From an uncultured delta proteobacterium (GTDB lineage: Bacteria > Myxococcota_A > UBA9160 > UBA4427): a stretch of 64,000 nucleotides of DNA. The position numbers and the translations under genes were made by a program. Position 1 is the first letter of the stretch. Each line of letters starts with the position of its first letter. The DNA lies in assembly GCA_963822965.1 (NCBI GenBank), contig CAWGJT010000010.1:896001-960000 (forward strand), written 5' to 3'. Below are positions 1 to 9,055 of the stretch, piece by piece. The notes below the pieces were generated by a model. That model was not told where the DNA came from. It saw nothing but the letters and a program-made list of their open reading frames with translations, and searched no databases.

Positions 1-565
1 GGCGATCGAAGCGAGCGGGATGGTGGTGCTCGATCCCGTCGAGCTGCGGAAGCTCGACGTCGCGCCGAATCTCGTATCCGCGATCTTCGACGTCGTGGAA
101 GGGAAGCTCTACGGCTCCTTCGTGCTCGGTTGCGTGGAGCTCTTCCGCGACTGGCCGATCGAAGCCCTGGCTCTCGTTCGCGTGCAGCGCGAGCTCGCTG
201 CGGAGCTCGGGATCGAGTCTGACGCCGCGACCTTCGTGATTCACTCCGCCCAGCTCCTTGCGAGCGACTGGGAGCGGGCGCAGCAGGTGCTCGACGAGTC
301 GTTCGAACGGCCACTTCCTCTGCAGGTCGACCACTCGGGCGTGTTCTTGTTCGGGAGCGACAACGGCAAGGCCAGGGCGATGCTGCTCGATCACGACGCG
401 GGGAGCATCTTCTGGGAAGATGCCTTCGACGATGCCCAGAAGCTCTCGTGGTACATCGTCGACGCGATGCCGTGGCTGTTGCCTCAGCACATCCGCTACG
501 TCGGGCAGGAGTGCGCGACGTTGATGCGGGCGATGCAGGACAAGGAATGTTACCTGCAGGGCTGA
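1..565 (+). CDS. Hypothetical protein, probably 5'-truncated by the window edge
   Basis: ORF 20..565 with GC-rich coding-like codon usage; ends 31 nt before the MtmB-like gene; no family recognised. Confidence 0.55.
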   Translation, partial: AIEASGMVVLDPVELRKLDVAPNLVSAIFDVVEGKLYGSFVLGCVELFRDWPIEALALVRVQRELAAELGIESDAATFVIHSAQLLASDWERAQQVLDESFERPLPLQVDHSGVFLFGSDNGKARAMLLDHDAGSIFWEDAFDDAQKLSWYIVDAMPWLLPQHIRYVGQECATLMRAMQDKECYLQG

Positions 566-596
566 TGGGGCGTTTTCGGCAGGCGTCGGAGGGATC

Positions 597-1955
597 ATGA
601 GCAAGTTGCTTTGGGAAGCCATACACCGCGCGAGCACCGGCCAGATCATGTCGGAGGAGAAGTTCGAGACCGAGTTCTTCCCGACCGTCCTCGAGGAGAT
701 TCGGGCGAGGCACCAGATCGAGTGCAATCCCGAGGAGCCGGTCATGATCGATCCGGACGTCGCAGACGCCGTGTTCCAGGCCGGGCTCGAGTACCTGATC
801 GAGGTCGGCCTCTACTGCAAGGACACGAAGCGCATCGTTCGCTTCACCGAGGAAGAGATTCGTGAGGCGATCGCCACCGCGCGGCGCACGATCAGACTCG
901 GGTCGGGCCGCGACGAGATCACCCTCTCTCCCCGTGCGCCCGGCGACGAGCGACATCCCTTCACGTGGTTTCCCGCCGGTGCGCTCACGAAGAACGTCGA
1001 GCTCTACAAGTACCACGCCATGGCCGCAATGCAGGAGCCGACCTGCGACGGCGTGATCCCGATTCCGCTACTCGGAGTCGGTGAGCTGAAGAACATTCTC
1101 GACACGCCGGCGCAAACCGTCGTCTGCCAGACCGAAGCGCGGCTCATGAACGAGGCTGCGTCCAGGTCCGGCAGGCCGGGCCTCTTCTTCGGAATCCCGA
1201 TGAGCGCCATGACGCCTCTGGCGATCATGAGCACCTTCGGGCCGGGCATGTATACGAAGGAGAACTGCACGCTTCCGGTCCAGATCCTCCAGGACATGCG
1301 GATCAACTACGACCGCTTCAATCTCACCTTTTTCGCCCAGCAGCACGGGATCGAGCCCTGGATGAGCTGCTCGCCTGCCCTCTACGGCTACATCACGGGG
1401 CCCGAACAGGGTGCAATCGAGATCATCGCCCACACCCTGGGAATGCTCGCCTACTCCGGGGGCGCGCTCACGCAGGCGATGTGTATGTCCATCCACGGGA
1501 CCTACATCGGCAACGACATCAGCTGGTGCAACTCGGCCGCGGCACTCGCGGCCGAGCGCAACCTCGGCCTTCCCTGGGTGACCTTCGGAAGCACAGGGAA
1601 TCCGGCTTCCGCCTTCTCGGACGAGGCGTGGTACGAGACGGCACTCGCCTGCATCAACGCCTGCATCTCCGGTATCGAGGCGCTGTGGCTCGCGGGTGGC
1701 TCGACTGGAATCGAATGCCGCTGGGCCGGAGAGGTCGCACGAGCGGCCGCGCATCTGACGCCGGACGAGGGCGCGGCGATCATCAAGGAGATTCGGTCCA
1801 TCGAGTACGCGCCGACGCCACCGCCGCAGCCGCTCGAGAAGCTCTACGACATGACGACGCTCCAGCCCAAGCAGGAGCTCATCGATCAGTACCGCAAGTT
1901 CACGCGGATCTTCCGGGGCTTCGGACTCGACTATCCGAGCTGGCGCGAGGCATAG
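597..1955 (+). CDS. Monomethylamine:corrinoid methyltransferase (MtmB) family protein, non-pyrrolysine type
   Basis: 452 aa; motifs D.ADAVFQAG..YL.EVGLYCKDTKRIVRF, TEARL....SGRPG, TG.E.RW.GEVARAAA and C-terminal YD..TL.P match MtmB; RBS GGAGG; no internal UAG. Confidence 0.85.
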   Translation: MSKLLWEAIHRASTGQIMSEEKFETEFFPTVLEEIRARHQIECNPEEPVMIDPDVADAVFQAGLEYLIEVGLYCKDTKRIVRFTEEEIREAIATARRTIRLGSGRDEITLSPRAPGDERHPFTWFPAGALTKNVELYKYHAMAAMQEPTCDGVIPIPLLGVGELKNILDTPAQTVVCQTEARLMNEAASRSGRPGLFFGIPMSAMTPLAIMSTFGPGMYTKENCTLPVQILQDMRINYDRFNLTFFAQQHGIEPWMSCSPALYGYITGPEQGAIEIIAHTLGMLAYSGGALTQAMCMSIHGTYIGNDISWCNSAAALAAERNLGLPWVTFGSTGNPASAFSDEAWYETALACINACISGIEALWLAGGSTGIECRWAGEVARAAAHLTPDEGAAIIKEIRSIEYAPTPPPQPLEKLYDMTTLQPKQELIDQYRKFTRIFRGFGLDYPSWREA

Positions 1956-1973
1956 GAGCAGGAGAGGAGCAGC

Positions 1974-2615
1974 ATGGCGACCATTGAAGATTTGCGACGG
2001 AAGGTGAGCGAGACACAGCCGGAGCCGGCGGCCGCTATGACCCGCGAGCTCCTGGCAGCGGGCTTCGACCCGATGCGGCTCCTCGAAGAGGGGGTGATGA
2101 GCGGGCTCAACGACGTAGGGATTCGCTTCGCAGCCAAGAAGGCGATCGTGCTCGATCTCGTTCGGGCTGGGGTCACTGCGAAGACCTGCATCCCACTGAT
2201 CGAGGAAGCGTTGCCGCGCGGTGAGGCTCCGAAGAACCAGAAGAAGGTCGTCATCGGCACCCTTCTCAGTCAGCACAACATCGGGAAGAACCTCGTCGCC
2301 ACGCTGCTCTCGATCGGCGGCTTCGACGTGGTCGACATGGGCGAGAAGAACACGCCCTGGGATTTCTACGAGACGGCCGAGAAGAGCGGCGCCGACATGA
2401 TCGCGGTGTCCGTCGTGTTTGCGCCGGCGCTCGAGAAGTTCTCCGAGCTGTTGAGCCTCCTCGAGGAGATGGGCGTTCGTGAGAAGTTGCCCGTGATCGT
2501 CGGCGGTGGCGTCACCACGAAGAAGTGGGCCGACGAGCAAGGTGCCGACGGCTGGGGAGCGCAAGCGAAGGACGGCGTGGACCTGGCCCGGAGCATCCTG
2601 GGGGTCGCTTCCTGA
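1974..2615 (+). CDS. Cobalamin (corrinoid)-binding methyl-carrier protein, MtmC/MtaC-like
   Basis: N-terminal cap domain, then QHNIGKNLV, GFDVVDMG, VIVGGG and GADGW; RBS GAGGAG. Confidence 0.9.
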   Translation: MATIEDLRRKVSETQPEPAAAMTRELLAAGFDPMRLLEEGVMSGLNDVGIRFAAKKAIVLDLVRAGVTAKTCIPLIEEALPRGEAPKNQKKVVIGTLLSQHNIGKNLVATLLSIGGFDVVDMGEKNTPWDFYETAEKSGADMIAVSVVFAPALEKFSELLSLLEEMGVREKLPVIVGGGVTTKKWADEQGADGWGAQAKDGVDLARSILGVAS

Positions 2616-2699
2616 TCGTGCGCCCGGGGTCGGTCGGGCATCGACCTCGACCGCGCCTGCCCACGAGACCGCCGAGTCGTCGTCGTGTGGCTGTGACCG

Positions 2700-3536
2700 A
2701 CCGACACCGAGCCGGCGAGCCGAAAATGACTCGGCTCGATGCTTCGATCCGGACACGGCGGCTCTGGGAGGCCCGGCTGGGCCCGAATGCACTGGAAGCC
2801 CACGCTCAGGGCGGGCGTGCAGGTGCGGGTGGCGACTGCGATGCACTCCGAGGACCGGCGCCACGCTGAAGGAGGTGTTGGAGCGGCGAACGGAGCGCCA
2901 GTCGGCGGGGCGCTCGCCGGTTTGCGCGTCGATCCATCCGACCGGGTCACAAGCGTCGCCGTGGCCGTCGCGATCACGGTCTGCCTGGCCGGGATTCGGG
3001 ACCGCCGGGCAGTTGTCGCATGCGTCGCTCACGTCGTCGCCGTCCGCGTCTGGCTGCCCAGGGATTGCGCAGGCGAGCCGTGGGTCGGGGGGTGCCAGGG
3101 CGTTGAAGACCAGCAGCGCGCCGGGTGGATCGAGGTGCTCTTCGATGCTTCCCGACAGCGGTCGCAGGTCGACGACGCCCGTGCCCGGCAGGGTGCGCAG
3201 TGCCTCGCCTACGGAGAGCTGTGCGCGCTGATCCTCCTGCACGACCGCGAACGTGCCCGCGACGCGATCGAAGACGAGCCAATCCTCGCCTCTGTGCGGA
3301 ACCGTCTGGAATCCCGCAGCGAGCCGAAGCCCGCTGAGCGTCTCGCCATTCGGCAGGGTGACGAGCGTCGGCAGCAGGTAGTGGTCCACGTTGCTTCCGC
3401 GCACGACGACTGCCAGGCCCGGCCAAGGCGAGGCAAGCGCCGCGGTCGAGAGCCCGCACCCGACGAGCATGACGAGGCCCATCCAGATGATGCGCGGGCC
3501 CAAGCGCGCGCGTTCTCGCCCGGGCGAACGGCTCAC
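2700..3536 (-). CDS. Secreted protein with thrombospondin type-3 Ca-binding repeats; 3' end uncertain (probable frameshifts)
   Basis: Signal-like N-terminus (IIWMGLVMLVGCGLSTAALA); DADGDDVSDACDNCPAVPNPGQADRDRDGHGDACD; GTGA overlap with the upstream gene. Confidence 0.6.
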
Positions 3537-4283
3537 GGGCTCTTGTTGGTGCTCTCGGTCTCGAGCTTTCGCTCGTGATCGGAGATGATGATCTTGTAGA
3601 AGTCGAAGCTTACCAGCAGTTCCGTGCTCGCCCCGGGGCCGGTGGCCGGGTCGGTTGCGGCGCCGGCCGTCGTCATCGACGCGATGCGCGCGTCCTCGAG
3701 GCTGATCGTGATGACGTTGACGATCGCGGTGTGCGCGAGATTGTCACCGAAGAAGTGAATGGAGGCGTTCAGCGCGGTGCCGTTGAACGCCGCGCTGTAG
3801 AGCATCACGGGCGCACACTCCGCGTCGAGACGAACCGTGACCGGGTGGTGGATCAACGTCGTGCCGCCGCTGTCGGAGCTCGCCGACATCGCGAGGCGGA
3901 TCGAGACCCGGCGCGGGCACCGAAACCGCGCCGAGTAGCTCACCGGAGTTCGATGGCCCGGCGAGAGGCGAATCGCCGCAAGGGCGAAACGATGTGGGAC
4001 AGCATGCCACTCCGGGTCCTCGACGACGATGGAGCGGGGCAACCCCGGACCGAGGAGCCCAGTCAGAGCTTCAGCGACGAAGGGCTCGTCGGTGACGGCG
4101 TCCGGGCTCGAGAGGAGGAGTGCCGCCTCGAGGCGGTAGCGACCTCATCCCCACCGACGCCGCGATCCGCGCGAGCGCAGCAACCTTGATCCAGTACGGC
4201 GCAGTCCAGGCGGCAGGCGGTCCAGGGCGAATGGTCGCTGCGCTGTCGACCGGACTCCGGACGCAGAGCACGAGGCCCGGCAT
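3533..4283 (-). CDS. Divergent Hcp/TssD-like tube-fold protein (frameshifted)
   Basis: C-terminal HHPVTVRLD...P.MLYSAAFNG..L.ASIHFF...TISLEDARIASM...VSFDFYKI resembles Hcp; possible N-terminus MPGLVLCV...WIKV at 4283 lies in another frame, with GGAGG upstream. Confidence 0.4.
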
Positions 4284-4661
4284 CGCACAAGGCGTCCTCC
4301 GGAGATCTTCTGGCCATCGCGCCACCGGATGATCGCACCGTACCGGCAACCGGCGTACCAGGAAGGCGACCCTCGGCCTCCGCACTTGGCGGACAGTCCA
4401 CTGGGGCTGACGATGACCTGGGCGGCGAACGACGGAACCGCGGCGCTGGTCCCGGTCATTGACTGGGGCGATCGTGTCGCGTTGGATGTCGCTGTTGCGA
4501 GATTGCAGGAGTCGTCAGCGGTCCTGGCGCCGGTCGAGCTGATCTGGACACGCGCAATTTCGCGGATCGACAGGGAAGCGCGACGGCGGGGCACGGTCTT
4601 TGATTGCCGACGGCTCGTCGGTACTACAATGGCGGCGTTCGGTCGGTAGAGGTGGTCCACA

Positions 4662-5891
4662 TTGAGCACTGTGCTGCTATTCGGCTTGGCCGTCCTGCTG
4701 GGGTTGGCTGGCGGCAAGTTGATCCAGTGGCTGCGCGTTCCGCGGGTGGTGGGATACATCGTGGTCGGCGTGATGCTGGGTAGTTCGCTGACCAACTTCA
4801 TTCCACTCGAGCTCGTGGAATCGCTCTCGCCGTTCACCAACGTCGCGCTGGCGCTGATCGGATTCATGGTCGGCGGCGAACTGAAGCGCAGTGTGTTCAA
4901 GAGGTTCGGCAGGCAGTTGGTGCTGATCGTGCTCGCGGAGGGCATTGCCACGTTCTTGCTCGTGGCCCTGGTCGTCACGCTGTTCAGTGGCCAGCTGGCA
5001 CTGGGTTTGCTGCTGGGCGCGCTTGCCTCGGCCACGGCACCCGCCGCGACGGTGGATGTGCTGTGGGAGTACAAGTCGCGCGGCCCCCTCACCACAACGG
5101 TTCTCGGCATCGTTGCAATGGACGACGCGCTGGCTCTGATTCTGTTCGGCTTCGCCCTGGCGCTCGCCCGTGGACTGCTCGAAGGGCGGTCTGTCTCGCT
5201 CATGTCCGGGCTGGTCGAGCCGGTGGCGCACGTCGTCGGGGCGCTGGCACTTGGCTCAGCCGTTGGCCTGACCGTGGTCCGGCTGTTGCGCCGGCTGGGC
5301 GATCGCGATGATTCACTGGTAGTCCTCGTGGGCACCATTCTTGGCGTTGCAGGCATCGCCGACTGGCTCGGCATATCGCTGATCCTCGCCGAGATGGCTG
5401 TCGGCGTCGCTCTGGCCAACCTGGCGCCCGACGCGAGCCGGCGTGCATTCGATCTGGTGCGGGGGATCACGCCGCCGATCTACATCGTGTTCTTCATCCT
5501 CGTCGGCGCCCGGCTGCAGATCGACCTGTTGCCGCAAATGGGGCTGCTGGGTCTGCTCTACGTGGTTGCGCGAACGGCCGGCAAGATGAGCGGGGCATGG
5601 GCCGGTAGCACGGCTGTTCGGGCCGCGCCGGCGGTGCGCAAGTACCTGGGCTTCGCCCTGTTCTCCCAGGCTGGCGTCGCGGTGGGGCTTGCGCTGGCCA
5701 TCGCCCAGGAGTTTGACGACGCCGGTCCGGAGGCGCAGGCGATTGGCACGCTTGTGGTCAACTTGATTGCAGCGACCACCTTCATCGTCCAGATCATCGG
5801 GCCGCCGATGGTGAAGTTCGCCATTTCCCGCGCCGGTGAAATCCCGCGCGCGACCCCGCCAGTGGAGGTATCCGCCAGTGGAGGCGCCTAG
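4662..5891 (+). CDS. Cation:proton antiporter (CPA2/Na+/H+ exchanger family)
   Basis: Many TM helices; ASATAPAAT, GIVAMDDA, FFILVGARL, SQAGVAVGLA. Confidence 0.9.
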   Translation: MSTVLLFGLAVLLGLAGGKLIQWLRVPRVVGYIVVGVMLGSSLTNFIPLELVESLSPFTNVALALIGFMVGGELKRSVFKRFGRQLVLIVLAEGIATFLLVALVVTLFSGQLALGLLLGALASATAPAATVDVLWEYKSRGPLTTTVLGIVAMDDALALILFGFALALARGLLEGRSVSLMSGLVEPVAHVVGALALGSAVGLTVVRLLRRLGDRDDSLVVLVGTILGVAGIADWLGISLILAEMAVGVALANLAPDASRRAFDLVRGITPPIYIVFFILVGARLQIDLLPQMGLLGLLYVVARTAGKMSGAWAGSTAVRAAPAVRKYLGFALFSQAGVAVGLALAIAQEFDDAGPEAQAIGTLVVNLIAATTFIVQIIGPPMVKFAISRAGEIPRATPPVEVSASGGA

Positions 5892-6366
5892 CATCCGTGA
5901 ACTCTTGGATCTCAGCTCCAACCGACCCGCCGTGGTATCCACCATGGCCACGATCCCCGAGCTGGTGGCTCGCATGATCGAGGATCCAGGCACCCAAGCG
6001 ATCTATGTGAATGACGCCGACGGTCGCTATCTTGGGCTGATTACGGCTCAGCGCCTGGCGCACGTGGTGTTCTCGCACAGGCTGCCGGCCTCGGGCAGTC
6101 CCATCGAGCTTCTCGACTTGCTCAGTTCGGAGACGGCCGATCACTTGCTGATCCGCGAGTCCATCAGCATCCATGAAGACGAACCGCTCACCCGCGCGAT
6201 CGATCTGATGTTCCGATCAGGCCTGATCGAAATCCCGGTACTCAATGACGACCGGACCATCGTCGGCAACGTCAACCTGCTGGACATTCTGGCGGCCTGG
6301 AAAGACGGCCGCCTGATCGACCACCACCCCTCGCTGGATCCGGATCACGCGCCGACTCGCAGGTGA
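5878..6366 (+). CDS. CBS-domain protein
   Basis: IYVNDADGRYLGLIT and IPVLNDDRTIVGNVNLLDIL; GTG start after GGAGG, overlapping the antiporter end. Confidence 0.85.
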   Translation: MEAPSIRELLDLSSNRPAVVSTMATIPELVARMIEDPGTQAIYVNDADGRYLGLITAQRLAHVVFSHRLPASGSPIELLDLLSSETADHLLIRESISIHEDEPLTRAIDLMFRSGLIEIPVLNDDRTIVGNVNLLDILAAWKDGRLIDHHPSLDPDHAPTRR

Positions 6367-6511
6367 TGGGCGTGCTCGCCCTGGAGTGGCTGGAGAAACG
6401 GGGAGCCGAGACACACCGGGGCCAGTTGGGGAAGGTGGACCGCGATCGCCGCGTCGGCTGCCGGAAAAGCGATGGCCAGCCGCGTTTCGGCGACTGGCCA
6501 TCGACTTCGTG

Positions 6512-6538
6512 TGGTAGCGGTGGGGATTCGAACCCCCG
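6512..6538 (-). repeat. Degenerate copy of the tRNA-fMet 3' end (putative att site)
   Basis: TGGTAGCGGTGGGGATTCGAACCCCCG vs TGGTAGCGGGGGGGGGATTCGAACCCCCG at 51932-51960; same orientation. Confidence 0.7.
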
Positions 6539-6968
6539 GGAGCTCGACGCGGATGCCACCGCCGTCACCGAGCTGGATTCGAGCCTGAGCGCGACATCCT
6601 CATCGTCGTGAGATCCTGGTGCCGGACTCGGATCGCGGCACGGAGCGAGCAGCCGCGTGAATCCGAACAGCATTGGGAGTTGCGCCCCGATCCGGTTGAC
6701 GGATCAGGGCTAGCTCCAGGCCCAGAGAAGAGGCTCCCGAATACCCCGCCCGACGCGCAAGTCCGGTGGGTACGTACGGACAACGCTCCGGATTCCGTGA
6801 GCACCCTCGTTGGGCGGGGGGCATGCCAATCCCCTACGGAGAGCCCGCGGCGGGCAAAAGGCAGTGTGCCGATGGTGTCTCGAGCACGATCGTCGGGTCG
6901 AAAGCGACACGATGCGGGGTATCCTTTCTCGATTCGCGGTGACGGCGGACGAACGGGTTCCTTCTGGA

Positions 6969-7910
6969 ATGGCACACGACATGGATGAGGTCGTCGAAAT
7001 CACTTCCACGGGCGGATTCGATGAGGATGCGGCCGAGCGCGCCCCGTTGGCGGGCTTCCACCTTGCGAATCCAACCCCGGTCGAACAGCGCCCCACGTGG
7101 TTCGTCGTCAGAAGCTGGAGCCAGGAACTCCGCCTGTATCGAAAGCTGGCTCGCCACCTGGGCGCCGATCAGCGGATCGTCACCATTGCTCCACCGCATG
7201 GAACTCGCAAGGAGGACTTCCCGCGCACGGTAGAACGATGGCGGGACTTCTGCCTGGAACAGATGCGGCCCCTATTGGGAGCGTCCCCATGTGTTCTGCT
7301 CGGCGGTTGGTCCTTCGGTGGTGTGCTCGCCCTCGAGATCGGCCGCGAGCTCGAGAAGGAAGGGATCCCGGTCGCGCTCGTCACCATGCTCGATACGCGG
7401 CTTCCCAAGGCACATCCGGACGAACAAAAGATTTCACGCTCGCTTCCCCACGCCATGGCTCATCAGGCAACGCGCTTCTTCGAAACGCCGCCCGAAGACA
7501 GAAGCGCCTTCCTGCGGGAGCGACTGGCCTGGCAGTTCTACCACGCTCGGCGGCGGCTGGGAGAGTGGAACGCCACGCGGCGCGGTCGATCCATGCCCAT
7601 CTACCGACGTCCCGATGGCCGCACCTCCGAGGTACGCGAAGTCGGCGGTATGTCTCCGCTGCAGAAAGCACTCTGGGTTGCCTATCTCAAGTACCAACCG
7701 CGTCCTTGCACGATCCGGGTCGCCCAGTTCTGGTGTGCCGATTCTTGTGAGCACACCGGAGACTCGAGCCTCGGCTGGGCGCGGTGTCTGCGCGGCCCCT
7801 TCGATGCGGTCCCGATTCCGGGCGAGCATCTCACGATGTTCGACGACCCCCACGTCGAGGTGTTGGCGTCCAACCTCCGATGTCGACTCGCGCTTGCTGC
7901 TTCGACCTGA
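6969..7910 (+). CDS. Standalone thioesterase (NRPS/PKS TE-type alpha/beta hydrolase); start uncertain
   Basis: GGWSFGGVLALE, VTMLDT, IPGEHLTMFDDPHV. Confidence 0.8.
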   Translation: MAHDMDEVVEITSTGGFDEDAAERAPLAGFHLANPTPVEQRPTWFVVRSWSQELRLYRKLARHLGADQRIVTIAPPHGTRKEDFPRTVERWRDFCLEQMRPLLGASPCVLLGGWSFGGVLALEIGRELEKEGIPVALVTMLDTRLPKAHPDEQKISRSLPHAMAHQATRFFETPPEDRSAFLRERLAWQFYHARRRLGEWNATRRGRSMPIYRRPDGRTSEVREVGGMSPLQKALWVAYLKYQPRPCTIRVAQFWCADSCEHTGDSSLGWARCLRGPFDAVPIPGEHLTMFDDPHVEVLASNLRCRLALAAST

Positions 7911-7912
7911 TT

Positions 7913-7956
7913 GGAGGTCAGCCCCCCGGAGGCTCAGGTTCGAAGCCCGATGCTCT
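7913..7956 (-). repeat. tRNA-Arg(UCG)-derived fragment, copy 1 (most degenerate)
   Basis: GGAGGTCAGCCCCCCGGAGGCTCAGGTTCGAAGCCCGATGCTCT; shares CTCAGGTTCGAAGCC.GATGC with the copy at 51776. Confidence 0.55.
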
Positions 7957-8052
7957 TGCTCTGTCGACCGCGTAAGAAGCGGACTCGAGCCAAGGCACGA
8001 AGCAAAAGTGCCCGGAAGCCGAAGCCTCCGTGTGAAGCGCCCACTCCCTCGA

Positions 8053-8881
8053 TTAAAGCTTCTCCGCGACGATTCTCCAGTTCAAATCGGCAATCTTGGC
8101 CTTTTCGGCATCCCTCCAGGCTTGCCCACCCTTTTGAAGAAGATCGAGAGATTCTTCGACCCATGGAGCCAGAACGCGAATCGCCTCGAGGGCTCGAACC
8201 AGCCTTCGCGCCATGAGGATCAAGTTGCGCTTCTGCTCGGCGATCGGCCAGGCTTCGCTCTTCGAAGGGGCAGAGACGAGGATCCTGAACCCGGCCCTTT
8301 CCAACGCGGCACAGACGTCTGCCGGATACATCGAGTGAGTGGCTGCCAGGGTTGGAAGGAAGACTCTGTGAAGCGCCACATGCTCTTCGTTGTTCCAATC
8401 GAAATGGGGGGTCAGCAGATACTCCGAACAGGCGTATCGCGCTCCGGGTTTCAAGACGCGGAACATCTCTCTTGCATGCCCATCGAGCTCCTCCTTCTTG
8501 AAGAAGGGCCAGACCGCCTGGAAGGAAAAACATCCGTCGAAGGTGGCCGATGCGTACTCGAGCGGCTTGTGATGATTGCCAACTTTGAAGTGGAGCCAAT
8601 ACGGCTTGTTCGCATAACAACGGGTTTCCGTATAAGCCCTTCGATTCGTCGAGCTGGGGAGGAAGGTAGAGCTTCTCCAGATCGAAGACGGACAACATGT
8701 TGTTCAAGACCTTGTAGTAGTCCGCGACGGCTTTCGTCTCGTGCTCGGTTGGGGTCTCTTCACCTGCTTGCATTCGTTGAAAGAATTTGTACGCGTCGAT
8801 ACAAGCCTGCTTGTCTTCTTTCGACAACGTTGCCAACCGCTTCACTCCGAGGAGCGCAGTCTTGATCCTGTACCAGTCCAC
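8053..8881 (-). pseudogene. Sterol-methyltransferase-like SAM methyltransferase with an internal deletion/frameshift
   Basis: N-part VADYYKVLN..LEKLYLPP joins out of frame near 8600 to LHFKVG.HHKPLEY..ATFDG..SFQA and MFRVLKPGA; SAM motif I (GCGxG) is missing. Confidence 0.6.
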
Positions 8882-9055
8882 TTTGCGCACCTCTCTCTTC
8901 GGGTATGTCGAGATCCGGCGGATCAGAGCTTCAAATCCGCCCCCGGAGTCCAAGGGCGAAGCGGCCGGCACGAAAAGCTTCGTCCGCCACTGGATCGGCC
9001 AAGGGGATCAGCTTCTCGGGTGCCACGCGCGCGGAACCCGTGATTCGGCGGGGCC

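Noticed and set aside
563..565. Other TGA stops (e.g. 565, 42123, 44209) as Sec codons
   Set aside because: No redox motif, no conserved in-frame continuation, and the next gene or an intergenic region follows normally
1953..1955. TAG at the end of the MtmB-like gene as a pyrrolysine codon
   Set aside because: It is at the normal C-terminus, is followed by the RBS of the next gene, and is not at the catalytic position
1068..3536. 822-aa minus-strand ORF as one protein
   Set aside because: Only the first ~230 aa look real; the rest is antisense to the MtmB and corrinoid genes
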